The notes under the pieces were generated by a model. That model saw only the letters and a list, made by a program, of their open reading frames with translations, did no database searches and had not been told where the DNA came from. Below are positions 18,688 to 28,168 of a stretch of 64,000 nucleotides of DNA, in pieces. Origin of the DNA: Candidatus Pacearchaeota archaeon (lineage in GTDB: Archaea > Nanobdellota > Nanobdellia > Pacearchaeales > GW2011-AR1); NCBI GenBank assembly GCA_041659945.1, contig JBAZXH010000001.1, positions 425,292 through 489,291 on the forward strand. Direction: 5' to 3'. Each line of letters opens with the position of its first letter. The first letter of the stretch is position 1. The translations under genes were made by a program, and so were the position numbers.

Positions 18688-19353
18688 TTGATGGATAGAA
18701 AAAAACTTTTAGATTATAAGTTCAGAAAGAAACTTTGGCAGGAAAATATTAAGAATAATGATAAAAATATTAAAAGTCTTGTTGATTCTGCTTTGTCTAA
18801 ATTAAAATTGGATCGGAAGTGGAAAGTCTTTGTTATTGTTTCTAACTTTTTAGCTAAAAAGAATAGTAAGATGCCTCCATTTGATATTAATTCTTTTAGT
18901 TGCACATATCTTAATGTTTGTTCTGCAAAACAGGGTTATGAAATTGTAATGTTCTTTAATAAAGCGCGTATGAGTTTTCTTTCTAAAGATGCTTTGCAGC
19001 CTTTGGTTTTACACGAAAGTGTTCATGTTAAACAAGCAGTTGCTAATCCTGAAAAGTATTTGATGTCTGCTGTTGATGATGATCTTTCAGAGGAACTTGA
19101 ACTTGAGGCAGAAAAAGAATCTTCGAAATTTGATGAATTTAGAAAGCAAATGGTTTTGGAAATGGTGCTTTATTCTTATGATAATTTTAATGGTTGGAAG
19201 GGAGCAGAAAAAATGGTTAATTTTTTGTATAAAGACATACTGACAATTTACGGTCCAGGTTATCTGCGAGATATGACCAAAGAAGAATATGAAGCTTTTC
19301 AAGAAGCTAGAAGAAAAAAAGATATTGGTTTGTTTGTTAGGTGTTTTATTTAA
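18688..19353 (+). CDS. hypothetical protein with an HExxH motif (possible SprT/WLM-like metallopeptidase)
   Basis: LVLHESVHVKQ is the only recognisable motif. Confidence 0.3.
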   Translation: MMDRKKLLDYKFRKKLWQENIKNNDKNIKSLVDSALSKLKLDRKWKVFVIVSNFLAKKNSKMPPFDINSFSCTYLNVCSAKQGYEIVMFFNKARMSFLSKDALQPLVLHESVHVKQAVANPEKYLMSAVDDDLSEELELEAEKESSKFDEFRKQMVLEMVLYSYDNFNGWKGAEKMVNFLYKDILTIYGPGYLRDMTKEEYEAFQEARRKKDIGLFVRCFI

Positions 19354-19394
19354 GATATAGATAATATTAAAAAGTTTAAATTTGTTACATTAAA

Positions 19395-22193
19395 ATGAAA
19401 AAGAAGGTGAGAAAGAGAAAGTATAATTTTGTTTTAGTAGCTGGTTTAATTGTTGTTTTGTTGATTGTTGGTCTGGGAGTTTTATTTTATAATAAAAATA
19501 AAACTATAAGTGGTTTTGCAACCTATACTCCTGGAACTGTAAATTTAGATTCTCCTATCACTGGACAAGCTAGTTCTAAATGTACATATCCTCAATCTTA
19601 TAGTTTAAATAACGATTTATGGAGAGTTGATAGACAGTCAACAATATCTTTTATTAAAAATGGTTTTTGGAAGAATAACACAGATTATTGTTCTTATATA
19701 GATAAAACGGATCCTTATTATGATAGAAATGATGTTGTTATAGAACTTAATTGTGGTGGTTTTCTTGTATCTTCAAAAATGTGGAGACATATTCAGTGTC
19801 CTAAAGGTCAGGTTTGTAGAAGTGGTGCGTGTGTTGATAATACTCCTACAAAGTCTTTATCTAGCTCTACAAAATTTGGATCTGATTTAACTGTTCCATT
19901 TTATAGAACTTACAATCCATCAACAGGAGATCATTTTTACACTATGAGTGAAACTGAAAAAAACAATGCAGTTGCTAATTATGGTTACAGTGATGAAGGA
20001 ATTGCAGCATATATTTTTGATATTTGGGAGCCAGATACAAATCCATTGTTTAGAACTTACAATCCATCAACAGGAGATCATTTTTATACAACTGATGAAA
20101 CTGAAAAAAACAATGCAGTTGCTAATTATGGTTACAGTGATGAAGGAACTGCAGGTTATATTTATAATTCAGCTCACGGAGGTTTAGTTCCATTTTATAG
20201 AACATATAGTCCTTCAACTGGAGATCATTTTTATACAACAAATGAAAATGAGAAAGATTATGCAGTTGCTAATTATGGATATACTGATGAAGGTGTAGCT
20301 GGGTGGGTTTATGGTGGAATTAATCTTGAAGGCAAATATACTGGATTCTATGGTTTTCCCCAAACTTTTTTTGATGGTTCGTCTTTAAGTTCTAATGAAG
20401 TTGTTCAGGTAACTGATGTAATTTATAGTCTTGAAGGAGAATTAACAAATGGAATTTATCCAACATACTCTGGTCCGATTAATCAGCCAGATTTTCAAAA
20501 AATAGAGTACCAATTTGATGCTTATGGATCTAGCGGGTTTCCAATGCATTTAGGGGATTATGCATCTCCTTTAAATAATGGTGGAGATCATTCTTGGGAT
20601 GTAATTGCTCATGAAATGTCTCATAATTTTTGGAATGATAACAATTTCTTTTATACTTTAGCTGTTCCCGGTCCCTTTTTACAAGAATCTACTTCTGTTT
20701 TAACTGCACAATATGTTTATGAAAGAATAAAACAAGACTCAAATCATTTTAGTTTGTCTAAAAATAAAGTTGATAGCCTTGATAGAGTTTTTATTTCAGA
20801 GAAAGCATATCAAAAGTCTAGATATGATGAGTATATTAGATTAGGAAAACCATATTCTCAAGATGAATCTGGACCAAATTATGCAATATTAACAAGTCAA
20901 GCATTTGATTATAAAATGTTCTTAATTGGAGACCAGTATGGTTGGGATAAATTTCCAAGATTTTATAAAGGATTTTCAAATGAACTAAAAAGCCAATTTA
21001 GTTTTTGGCAAGATGGAGTTTCTGATATTGAAGAAACAACATATACAATTGCTGCTTTGAATGTTGCATTTAATCAAGATTTTAGACAAGAATTTAAAAA
21101 TTTGAATTTTCCTATCAATGATACTCTATATAATCAGATTTATCCAAAGATAAAAGAGTTTGTTGGTAAATGTATTTATGATTGGGACTGTGATGATAAT
21201 TTAAGTTATACAAAAGATTTATGTCTTAATTCTAATGATCATTATGAAAATGGAAGTTCTGCTTCTTTTTGTTATAATAAACCCCAATTAGTAGGAAATA
21301 GAACAATAAAGCTAGCTGTTGTTGAATTTGTTCCACAAAATGTTAAATATGGAGTATTATGTCTTTGTAAGAAAAGTTTTGGTTATTATTTCATGAATTC
21401 AATTGATTATTGTGATAATTTGGTTTCATGTTTTACTACTTTTGATATAACTAATAATCGTTTTGGACAAAAGTCATTTACTAATTTACCCTCTATAGAT
21501 CAGTTTGCTAATATTGGTATTACCTCTTTTATTGATGAAGGAGAGTTTAGGCTTCCCCATTCAATATTTTATTTAAATTCTTATCTTGGTAATGAATCTA
21601 AGAGGTATGGAGTGGATGTAAGTCCACAATTTAAGATTGATCTAAAAGGTCCATTTATTTTAGATGATCTACCTCCAGTGACTAATGGCATTGTAAATTA
21701 TTCTAAGGTTGATGATTATTTTGTTAATAAAATTAATAATAAAAGTTTAAATCTTTCAGGATATGATTATGTGACTGTTATTTATTTTGATGATTCTTTA
21801 GTGTCAAATGTTGACCGACATTCTTTTACTAGTCATTCGACTAGTTTGAATTCTAATTTTGTGTATATTGATTTAAGAACAGATTTAGTCGAAGATATAG
21901 GTTTACATACTTTAGCTCATGAATTATTGCATAAGATGGGGGCGAGTGATACTTATGTTTTTGGAGAAGGACCAAATGCTCCTTCTTGGTGCCATATGTT
22001 TGATTGTTGTACTGACCCTGATGGAATTCCCGAACCAAATAAAGTCCCTAAATATCCTCAGACTAAGGGGTGTTTGATGTGTGCTGGGGGCAGTATTGTG
22101 CTTAAATATGGTGAAGAACAACAAAGTGTTAGTAGTATACACCAAACTTTAATCTGTAATAAAACTGCTCAAGAGATTGGATGGGTTAATTAA
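19395..22193 (+). CDS. secreted or membrane-anchored protein with three DHFYT-type repeats and two HExxH zinc-peptidase-like motifs
   Basis: It has an N-terminal TM or signal sequence. The repeat FYRTYNPSTGDHFYT..E.EKNNAVANYGYSDEG.A.YI occurs three times, and the two copies are near-identical at DNA level around 19900..20190. It also contains HEMSHNFW and HTLAHELLHKMG and is Cys-rich. Confidence 0.55.
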   Translation: MKKKVRKRKYNFVLVAGLIVVLLIVGLGVLFYNKNKTISGFATYTPGTVNLDSPITGQASSKCTYPQSYSLNNDLWRVDRQSTISFIKNGFWKNNTDYCSYIDKTDPYYDRNDVVIELNCGGFLVSSKMWRHIQCPKGQVCRSGACVDNTPTKSLSSSTKFGSDLTVPFYRTYNPSTGDHFYTMSETEKNNAVANYGYSDEGIAAYIFDIWEPDTNPLFRTYNPSTGDHFYTTDETEKNNAVANYGYSDEGTAGYIYNSAHGGLVPFYRTYSPSTGDHFYTTNENEKDYAVANYGYTDEGVAGWVYGGINLEGKYTGFYGFPQTFFDGSSLSSNEVVQVTDVIYSLEGELTNGIYPTYSGPINQPDFQKIEYQFDAYGSSGFPMHLGDYASPLNNGGDHSWDVIAHEMSHNFWNDNNFFYTLAVPGPFLQESTSVLTAQYVYERIKQDSNHFSLSKNKVDSLDRVFISEKAYQKSRYDEYIRLGKPYSQDESGPNYAILTSQAFDYKMFLIGDQYGWDKFPRFYKGFSNELKSQFSFWQDGVSDIEETTYTIAALNVAFNQDFRQEFKNLNFPINDTLYNQIYPKIKEFVGKCIYDWDCDDNLSYTKDLCLNSNDHYENGSSASFCYNKPQLVGNRTIKLAVVEFVPQNVKYGVLCLCKKSFGYYFMNSIDYCDNLVSCFTTFDITNNRFGQKSFTNLPSIDQFANIGITSFIDEGEFRLPHSIFYLNSYLGNESKRYGVDVSPQFKIDLKGPFILDDLPPVTNGIVNYSKVDDYFVNKINNKSLNLSGYDYVTVIYFDDSLVSNVDRHSFTSHSTSLNSNFVYIDLRTDLVEDIGLHTLAHELLHKMGASDTYVFGEGPNAPSWCHMFDCCTDPDGIPEPNKVPKYPQTKGCLMCAGGSIVLKYGEEQQSVSSIHQTLICNKTAQEIGWVN

Positions 22194-22198
22194 CTTTT

Positions 22199-23926
22199 TT
22201 ATTTTTTCATATATTCATTTAAAAATCTGAAAAAATCTACATTGCCCTGGGACTTTGCCATTCTTTCTATAATTAACTCGGGTGTTGAGCTTGCTAGCTT
22301 TCCTAGAACTGGATTGTGGTCTACGATGAGTTCAAAATTATCATCTAGGCCCTTGGCCTCTATTCCATCAATTCGTGTTTCATCTGGCAGACAGTCCTGG
22401 ATGTGTTTTCCCAGATGGGTTGCAATTATCATAAAACAACCCTTGGATGTGAAATATTCTGCAGTTGCTCTGATTATGTTTCCTGCAACGCCTGGTTCGG
22501 TAACAGCTTCTATTTCATCTGCTAGGATCAGACTTTTATTTCCGGGTTTTATTTTTGATATTTGAGTTAGAAGATTTTCAAAAGCACCTTTATTTGTTGA
22601 ACCTTTATTTTTTGCAAAATAGTAAACTTCGGAAAATAGTGGAAGTTTGACTTTACCACGAGTTGGTAGGCCTATTTGAAATAACGAGATTAGTTGAATT
22701 ATGTGTTCTATTAGAGTTGTTTTTCCACCACTATTTGCTCCGGTAAGTATTGAACATTTGCTTTTGCTTGTTAGATTAAATGAGATTGGTTGGGCATTAT
22801 CTAAAAAGAGGTTATTTGAGTTTTCTATAATTAGACTGTCTGAGATTTCTGGAAAATTATTTGAATCTTGAGAGAACTTTGAAATTCCGGCTTGAAAATC
22901 AAAAAAAACAAGTGACTCTGAAAGTTTTTTTAGTTCGCTTGGAATGTTTTTTAGCTGGTTTGAATATTTTTTTATGTTTAGAGCTACATTTGAATGTTCT
23001 TCTATATTTTGTCTTTTTATTATGTCTTCTAACTCGGCTTCATCTATTTCAACAGGTATTTTTTTTGAAAATACGCTTTCAGGAAGATTAGTCTTTGAGA
23101 TTGATTGATTTATTATGGCTTCGAATTCATCTGGAAGTTTACTTTTACTTAACATTTTAAATAAAGAGTCTCCAGAGATTGTTAGCTCTTTAATTTTATT
23201 TGAAACTTCTTCATTTATTTCTTCAAGTTTTTCTTCTACAATGCTGCGAGATATTTTTTCGCTTTCCTGATTGTTGAACAGAAAAAAGAGTTTTGATAGG
23301 TTATTGGTTATTTGAGTGATTTCTTCGTTTGTTTGGTTTTTTTGAATTATTTCAATATTGTTTTTCCAGCTGGATAACATGGAAACGTATCTTTCTAGAT
23401 AAACTTCATCAATTGAATTTAGAAAAATGCTTTGAGGGAGGGTTTCTAGAACTCTGGAAAATTCATCACAGTCTATAACCTGAACTATTTCATATCTATC
23501 TAGATCAGAAATGTCATGGGGAGAAGTTAGTAACTGTACTGGACAGCCAACGTCTTTTAGTGTGAGAAAGGTATTTTCATTTTCGGTTACCACAAGAATG
23601 TCATAATTTGGTTTCCAGGTTATTTTTGGTTTTGTTATTTGTTTTAGGAAATTGTTATCTAATTCTTTTATTATACTCTTGAAAAATTCCTGCCTTTGGA
23701 TTATTTTATCTTTTTCTGTTGTAAAGTTGAATACTTTCAAGATTTTGTCAGTATCTTTAAACATAAAATTTGATGAAATCTTTGTTAGGACCTTTTTATG
23801 AACACTTTTTGCATCTAGAGTTTTTAGAATACTTTCATCTTCGAGTTTTATTGTTTTGCTTTTAATGGACTCTAGAAAGGGGTTTAGTTCATACTCTTTT
23901 ATGAAGTTTTTCAGCTCTTTTTCCAT
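22199..23926 (-). CDS. MutS-family domain-V ATPase (MutS2-like paralog without an obvious mismatch-binding or Smr domain)
   Basis: The Walker A motif is TGANSGGKTT and the Walker B motif is LILADEIEAVTEP, with the usual MutS spacing. The N-terminal 380 aa are unassigned. Confidence 0.65.
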   Translation of the reverse strand: MEKELKNFIKEYELNPFLESIKSKTIKLEDESILKTLDAKSVHKKVLTKISSNFMFKDTDKILKVFNFTTEKDKIIQRQEFFKSIIKELDNNFLKQITKPKITWKPNYDILVVTENENTFLTLKDVGCPVQLLTSPHDISDLDRYEIVQVIDCDEFSRVLETLPQSIFLNSIDEVYLERYVSMLSSWKNNIEIIQKNQTNEEITQITNNLSKLFFLFNNQESEKISRSIVEEKLEEINEEVSNKIKELTISGDSLFKMLSKSKLPDEFEAIINQSISKTNLPESVFSKKIPVEIDEAELEDIIKRQNIEEHSNVALNIKKYSNQLKNIPSELKKLSESLVFFDFQAGISKFSQDSNNFPEISDSLIIENSNNLFLDNAQPISFNLTSKSKCSILTGANSGGKTTLIEHIIQLISLFQIGLPTRGKVKLPLFSEVYYFAKNKGSTNKGAFENLLTQISKIKPGNKSLILADEIEAVTEPGVAGNIIRATAEYFTSKGCFMIIATHLGKHIQDCLPDETRIDGIEAKGLDDNFELIVDHNPVLGKLASSTPELIIERMAKSQGNVDFFRFLNEYMKK

Positions 23927-23995
23927 GTTTTATCTAATTTTAGTGTATTTTAAAGGTTTTATGTAGTTTGAAAGGTTTAAAAATGCAATTTTGTT

Positions 23996-24253
23996 TTGAA
24001 TGTCATGAGCTTTAAAGGTTATATGGATCGTATTGAAAATAGAGTTGTTAATACAGTTCACTACGAGGCTTTTATCTTTGTTGGAATTTTGATTGCTGTT
24101 CTGAGTTTGATTAAGGTGTTGGGGATTTATGATTTTTCCTCTGACTGGCTGTGGTTTTTAGCAGGTGTCGGGCTTATGGTTGAGGGAGCTATTTCTTTGA
24201 TTAAACAAAGAAAGTTTGACAGGAAGTATAAGATTATAGAACGTAAGGATTAA
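23996..24253 (+). CDS. small membrane protein, hypothetical
   Basis: It has two hydrophobic helices. Confidence 0.3.
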   Translation: MNVMSFKGYMDRIENRVVNTVHYEAFIFVGILIAVLSLIKVLGIYDFSSDWLWFLAGVGLMVEGAISLIKQRKFDRKYKIIERKD

Positions 24254-24277
24254 AAAGAGATTTTTACTTAATAGTTT

Positions 24278-24937
24278 ATGAAAAGAGGTTTTCTAAAAGA
24301 TGGTTATAAGGCAATTATTTTTGATCTAGATGGAACTTTAATTAATTCTCTTCCGTATCATTTGATGGCCTTTAAGGATTTACTTTTGGAAAGAGGACTT
24401 AGACTTTCTGAACCCAAGGTCAAAGCTCTTTTTGGGAGGCCATCAATGGAGATTTTTGCAGAACTTAAAAAGCATTATCATTTTGATGAGGACATTGAAG
24501 ATTTGAGAGAAGAAAGAAGGTATCATTATTTTAAATTTATTGGAACAAAGAATATTGTTTTTCCAGGAGTTGTTAAAACATTAAAAAAATTAAGACTTGA
24601 TTATAAAATTGGTCTTGCTACGGGTTCTAGCTATGTTACCTATTCACATTCTACTGATAAAGATTTTCAGTCGCTTTTTGATTTTAGTTCTACGATTAAT
24701 GATGTGCGTCGCGGTAAGCCTGATCCTGAACAGTTATTTCTTGTTGCAAAAAAACTTAGGGTTAAACCAAGTGAGTGTATTGTTGTGGGTGATAGTGTTT
24801 ATGATGGAATTGCTGCATCAAAAGCAGGTATGAGTTATATTGGAGTAACCACGGGTTATACGAGTGCAAATGTTTTAGAAAAATATAAACCAATTAAAAT
24901 AATAAAAAGTATTTCTGAGTTGATTAAGCTTTTGTAA
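24278..24937 (+). CDS. HAD-superfamily hydrolase (phosphatase or beta-phosphoglucomutase-like)
   Basis: The motifs IIFDLDGTL, GKPDPE and VVGDSVYDGIAASKAGM are present. Confidence 0.8.
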   Translation: MKRGFLKDGYKAIIFDLDGTLINSLPYHLMAFKDLLLERGLRLSEPKVKALFGRPSMEIFAELKKHYHFDEDIEDLREERRYHYFKFIGTKNIVFPGVVKTLKKLRLDYKIGLATGSSYVTYSHSTDKDFQSLFDFSSTINDVRRGKPDPEQLFLVAKKLRVKPSECIVVGDSVYDGIAASKAGMSYIGVTTGYTSANVLEKYKPIKIIKSISELIKLL

Positions 24938-24944
24938 TGTCATG

Positions 24945-25062
24945 AATTAAACCACAGCATTTACGCTGTGGATGTAACTTTGTTGGTTTAATTCCTGAGC
25001 ATCCAAAGCACGAGCGCCAAACAAACTATACACTTTAGTGTGTGGTGGCGCATCGTGCTTTT
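24945..25062 (+). ncRNA. candidate structured small RNA (unclassified)
   Basis: This GC-rich patch lies in an AT-rich intergenic gap. It has nested stems: AATTAAACC..GGTTTAATT enclosing the CCACAGC..GCTGTGG hairpin, followed by a second stem GCACGAGCGCCA..TGGTGGCGCATCGTGC and then TTTT. Confidence 0.25.
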
Positions 25063-25128
25063 GATGTTTAAAGATATCTTTTTTATACCATCTTAGTATT
25101 CAATAGTGTAAATATTGTTCTAATTTAA

Positions 25129-25572
25129 ATGACTATTTTTTGTGTTTATCTGATGGTTACAGATTGTTGCGTTAGAACTGATCATTATCTTGAATGTGTA
25201 CTTGGACATTTTAAAATTCTTGATATTGATCCGGGAGAGATTTGTCCAGAGACTTCTACTGAAGAGTTAATTAGTTTAATTAATGAAAGTAGTGTACCTC
25301 AACCAAGCTTGAGACATTATTTAATGATACAAAGTTGTTGGTTTAGGGATTTTGGATATTTTATGCAAAATGGAAATCAAAACGAAGTCATAAATCAGTG
25401 GGTGAGTTCTCCTCAACAAAGAGATCATCATTTAGAATATGCATTTAATTATATTCTGGGCCGTCCTCTAATTCTTGGTGAAGAATCTAGAAATTGGGTA
25501 AATGGATTTTTAAGAGGTTTGTCTAAAGAGTTTGATATGAGTGAGTATTATTCTTCCTTGCCCGCAAGATAA
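25129..25572 (+). CDS. hypothetical protein with atypical amino-acid composition
   Basis: The ORF is 147 aa with no recognisable motif, is Cys/His/Trp-rich and has few Lys residues, unlike its neighbours. Confidence 0.3.
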   Translation: MTIFCVYLMVTDCCVRTDHYLECVLGHFKILDIDPGEICPETSTEELISLINESSVPQPSLRHYLMIQSCWFRDFGYFMQNGNQNEVINQWVSSPQQRDHHLEYAFNYILGRPLILGEESRNWVNGFLRGLSKEFDMSEYYSSLPAR

Positions 25573-25580
25573 TCGGATCT

Positions 25581-27746
25581 TTATTCTAGAATTGCTTTTA
25601 TTCTTCTGATACCAGCAGCAACTGATTCTTCTTTGATTATCTTAAAATGACCTAACTCTTTTGTGTTGTTGACATGTGGCCCGGTACAAATCTCTTTGCT
25701 AAACCATCCTATTTTATTATTTTTATCTTTGATTGAGTATACACAAACAACTTCAGGATATTTTGTACCAAATTCCGCTTGAGCTCCACTTTTGACTGCT
25801 TTTTCCAGAGGCATATCTTCTCTTTTTACTTCTAGAGATTCTTTTATTTTTTTATTTACCAGATCCTCAACTTTTTTTAGTTCTTCATCTGTTAGCTTTC
25901 TTGAAAAATTAAAATCAAATCTTAATCTTTCTGGAGTTATATTAGAACCTTTTTGTTTTATGTCTTTATCATTTAGAATTTCTTTTAGAGCTTCATTTAA
26001 CAGATGAGTTGCTGTATGGAGTTTAGTAGTCATTTCACTATTGTCTGCTAAACCTGATTTGAATGTTCCTGAAGAAGCTGTCCTGCTTAGCTCTTGATGT
26101 TTTTTCATTTCACATTCATATTCGTTTAGATTTAGTTTGATATTTTTTTCTTTTGCAAGTTCTTGGGTCATTTCAATTGGAAAACCATAACTTTGAAATA
26201 AAAGAAAAGCGTCTTTACCACATAGAGAATTATTTTTAGAATTTTTTACAAGCTCATCTAGCTTTTTTAGACCTTTTTCAAGGGTTTGATCAAATTTATT
26301 TTCTTCTTCATTTAGTTGACTAATTATAAATTTATGATTTCTTTCTAATTCAGGGTAATCTTTGTAAACTGGAAAAACTCTTTCTGCGACTTTTGCTGTG
26401 AAACTGTCTTTAATCTCTAGAAGCTTTCCGTATCTTATTGCTCTTCTAATTAATCTACGTAGAACATAACCCTGTTCTACATTGCTTGGTTTTATTCCTC
26501 TTTCGTCTCCAAGAATAAAGACTGCAGCTCTTATGTGATCTGCAATTATTCTCATTGCTTTAGTTTCTTTTTCATTTTTATCATATTTTTTATTTGATAA
26601 CTTTTCAATCTCACCTATTATTGGTTGAAATATTGATGATTTGTAATTATCATCTAAACCATTTAATATTGTAACAGTTCTTTCTACTCCCATTCCAGTA
26701 TCTACATTTTTTTGTGAAAGTTGTTCGTAAATAGAAAGATTATTATCTATAAATTTGGCTATCTGTTTTGTACCATTATATAACTCTGATTTAATGCCTA
26801 TTTTTTTGGCTGAATTTATGTTTTCTTCTAAATGATCAAAATAGACAATTTCATTTATATTAAGAGAGTATTTCTTAACTAATAACTCGAAGAATTTTTT
26901 ATCATCCTTTTTTATATTTTCATTTTCAAGAGAAAATACCTCAAAGTTGTATTCTTCTAATAGTTCTTTTGCTTTGTTAGCAAAACCATTAACAACAACT
27001 ATTTTTTTATTACTAATTAAGTTTAATAAATCTAATAACTCTTGATTAATTTTAAAGTCTTTATCATATAAACAATGCATTCCATCTACTAACATTATAG
27101 ACTTTTTTTTATTATACTGCATAAAAACACCACAATTCCAGATTTCAACCCAATTTCTATCATTTGGATTAAAGATCTTTGGAGTTTTATTTTTGTTTTT
27201 CCAGTAAAATACTTCTGTATCTGGACCGCAAGGACCAGTTTGTCCAGCAGGACCCCACCAATTATCTTCAACTGGAAGAAATGCTATTCTTTCTTTGGAT
27301 ATTCCAAGAGATAACCAAATCTTTTCACTTTCAGTATCTTTTGGAGCGTCTTTGTTACCCTCAAAAACACTAACTGCCATGTTTTCTTTCGAGATATTTA
27401 GGTTTTTTGTTAGAAATTCAAATGCAAATTCTATTGCACCTTTTTTAAAATAATCACCCAAAGACCACTGACCCAACATTTCAAAAAATGTGTGGTGAAC
27501 TTCATCACCTACTGATTCTATGTCTCCTGTTCTAATGCACTTTTGAACATCAACAAGTCTTTTTCCAAGTGGATGAGGATGGCCTAGTAAATATGGTACA
27601 AGTGGATGCATTCCTGCAGTTGTGAACAACACTGTGGGATCATTTTCAGGTATTAGGCTTGAGCTGGGGATTTCTTTATGGCCTTTAGACTTGAAAAAGT
27701 CTATGTACTTTTTTATTAGATCCTGACGAGTTATTTCTTTTGTCAT
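25581..27746 (-). CDS. alaS: alanyl-tRNA synthetase, bacterial-type core, C-terminally short, with a roughly 120-aa insertion in the catalytic domain
   Basis: The core motifs are PTVLFTTAGM, QKCIRTGDIESVGD, HHTFFEMLGQWSLGDYFK, NWWGPAGQTGPCGPDTEVFYW, FMQYN...VDTGMGVER, and the editing-domain HTATHLL...RFDF. The start is taken at the ATG at 27746 (MTKEITRQ). The track ORF extends further upstream to 27815. Confidence 0.85.
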   Translation of the reverse strand: MTKEITRQDLIKKYIDFFKSKGHKEIPSSSLIPENDPTVLFTTAGMHPLVPYLLGHPHPLGKRLVDVQKCIRTGDIESVGDEVHHTFFEMLGQWSLGDYFKKGAIEFAFEFLTKNLNISKENMAVSVFEGNKDAPKDTESEKIWLSLGISKERIAFLPVEDNWWGPAGQTGPCGPDTEVFYWKNKNKTPKIFNPNDRNWVEIWNCGVFMQYNKKKSIMLVDGMHCLYDKDFKINQELLDLLNLISNKKIVVVNGFANKAKELLEEYNFEVFSLENENIKKDDKKFFELLVKKYSLNINEIVYFDHLEENINSAKKIGIKSELYNGTKQIAKFIDNNLSIYEQLSQKNVDTGMGVERTVTILNGLDDNYKSSIFQPIIGEIEKLSNKKYDKNEKETKAMRIIADHIRAAVFILGDERGIKPSNVEQGYVLRRLIRRAIRYGKLLEIKDSFTAKVAERVFPVYKDYPELERNHKFIISQLNEEENKFDQTLEKGLKKLDELVKNSKNNSLCGKDAFLLFQSYGFPIEMTQELAKEKNIKLNLNEYECEMKKHQELSRTASSGTFKSGLADNSEMTTKLHTATHLLNEALKEILNDKDIKQKGSNITPERLRFDFNFSRKLTDEELKKVEDLVNKKIKESLEVKREDMPLEKAVKSGAQAEFGTKYPEVVCVYSIKDKNNKIGWFSKEICTGPHVNNTKELGHFKIIKEESVAAGIRRIKAILE

Positions 27747-27801
27747 GGAAATCCTAGGAAGAAGGTGTTTAAAAGATTTGCTTAAGAAATTACTCTGCCT
27801 T

Positions 27802-28164
27802 TTAACCCAGAGCATTAATTCTATCTTGAATATCTGCTAGCTGATCACCAAGCTCATTATGCCTGTGGACCTCATGATGAGTGTGGAAATGTTTAATGTG
27901 AATTACTTTTTTTATTCCTTCTGTTTTTGGATTGTTTTCAATTATTTTTGTGATGTGGTTTTTAATGTCAGTTAGATCATTTTTTAGTTTTATTTTTAGC
28001 ATCATTTCTTTTTTTCTAAGGTCTCCATATCTTTGTAAACAAGCTAGGGAGTTTAGAATGTTTATCTCAGCCATAAGTAATTTTTTCTTTGCAGAAATAG
28101 CAACATCATGTTCTATCATTGAATAAATTGGAGCAGGGCCCTCGGCTTTAATTTGTTTGCTCAT
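27802..28164 (-). CDS. hypothetical coiled-coil protein with a His-rich segment
   Basis: It contains HIKHFHTHHEVHRH, and no family is recognisable. Confidence 0.35.
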   Translation of the reverse strand: MSKQIKAEGPAPIYSMIEHDVAISAKKKLLMAEINILNSLACLQRYGDLRKKEMMLKIKLKNDLTDIKNHITKIIENNPKTEGIKKVIHIKHFHTHHEVHRHNELGDQLADIQDRINALG

Positions 28165-28168
28165 TTTT

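Noticed and set aside
24945-25062. Whether the GC-rich structured element is a 5S rRNA; the size of about 120 nt fits.
   Set aside because: It lacks the conserved 5S loop C / loop E sequences (no ..CCGAAC.. or ..GAAGUUAAGC..-like blocks). The helix layout is two tandem hairpins rather than the three-arm 5S fold.
26718-27077. Whether the AlaRS insertion is a mini-intein; the insert begins with Cys (MH|CLYDKD...).
   Set aside because: I see no intein block B (TxxH). There is no C-terminal HN/Asn followed by a Cys/Ser/Thr +1 residue. The insert ends ...IDNNLSIYEQ|LSQKN. A lineage-specific insertion domain is more likely.
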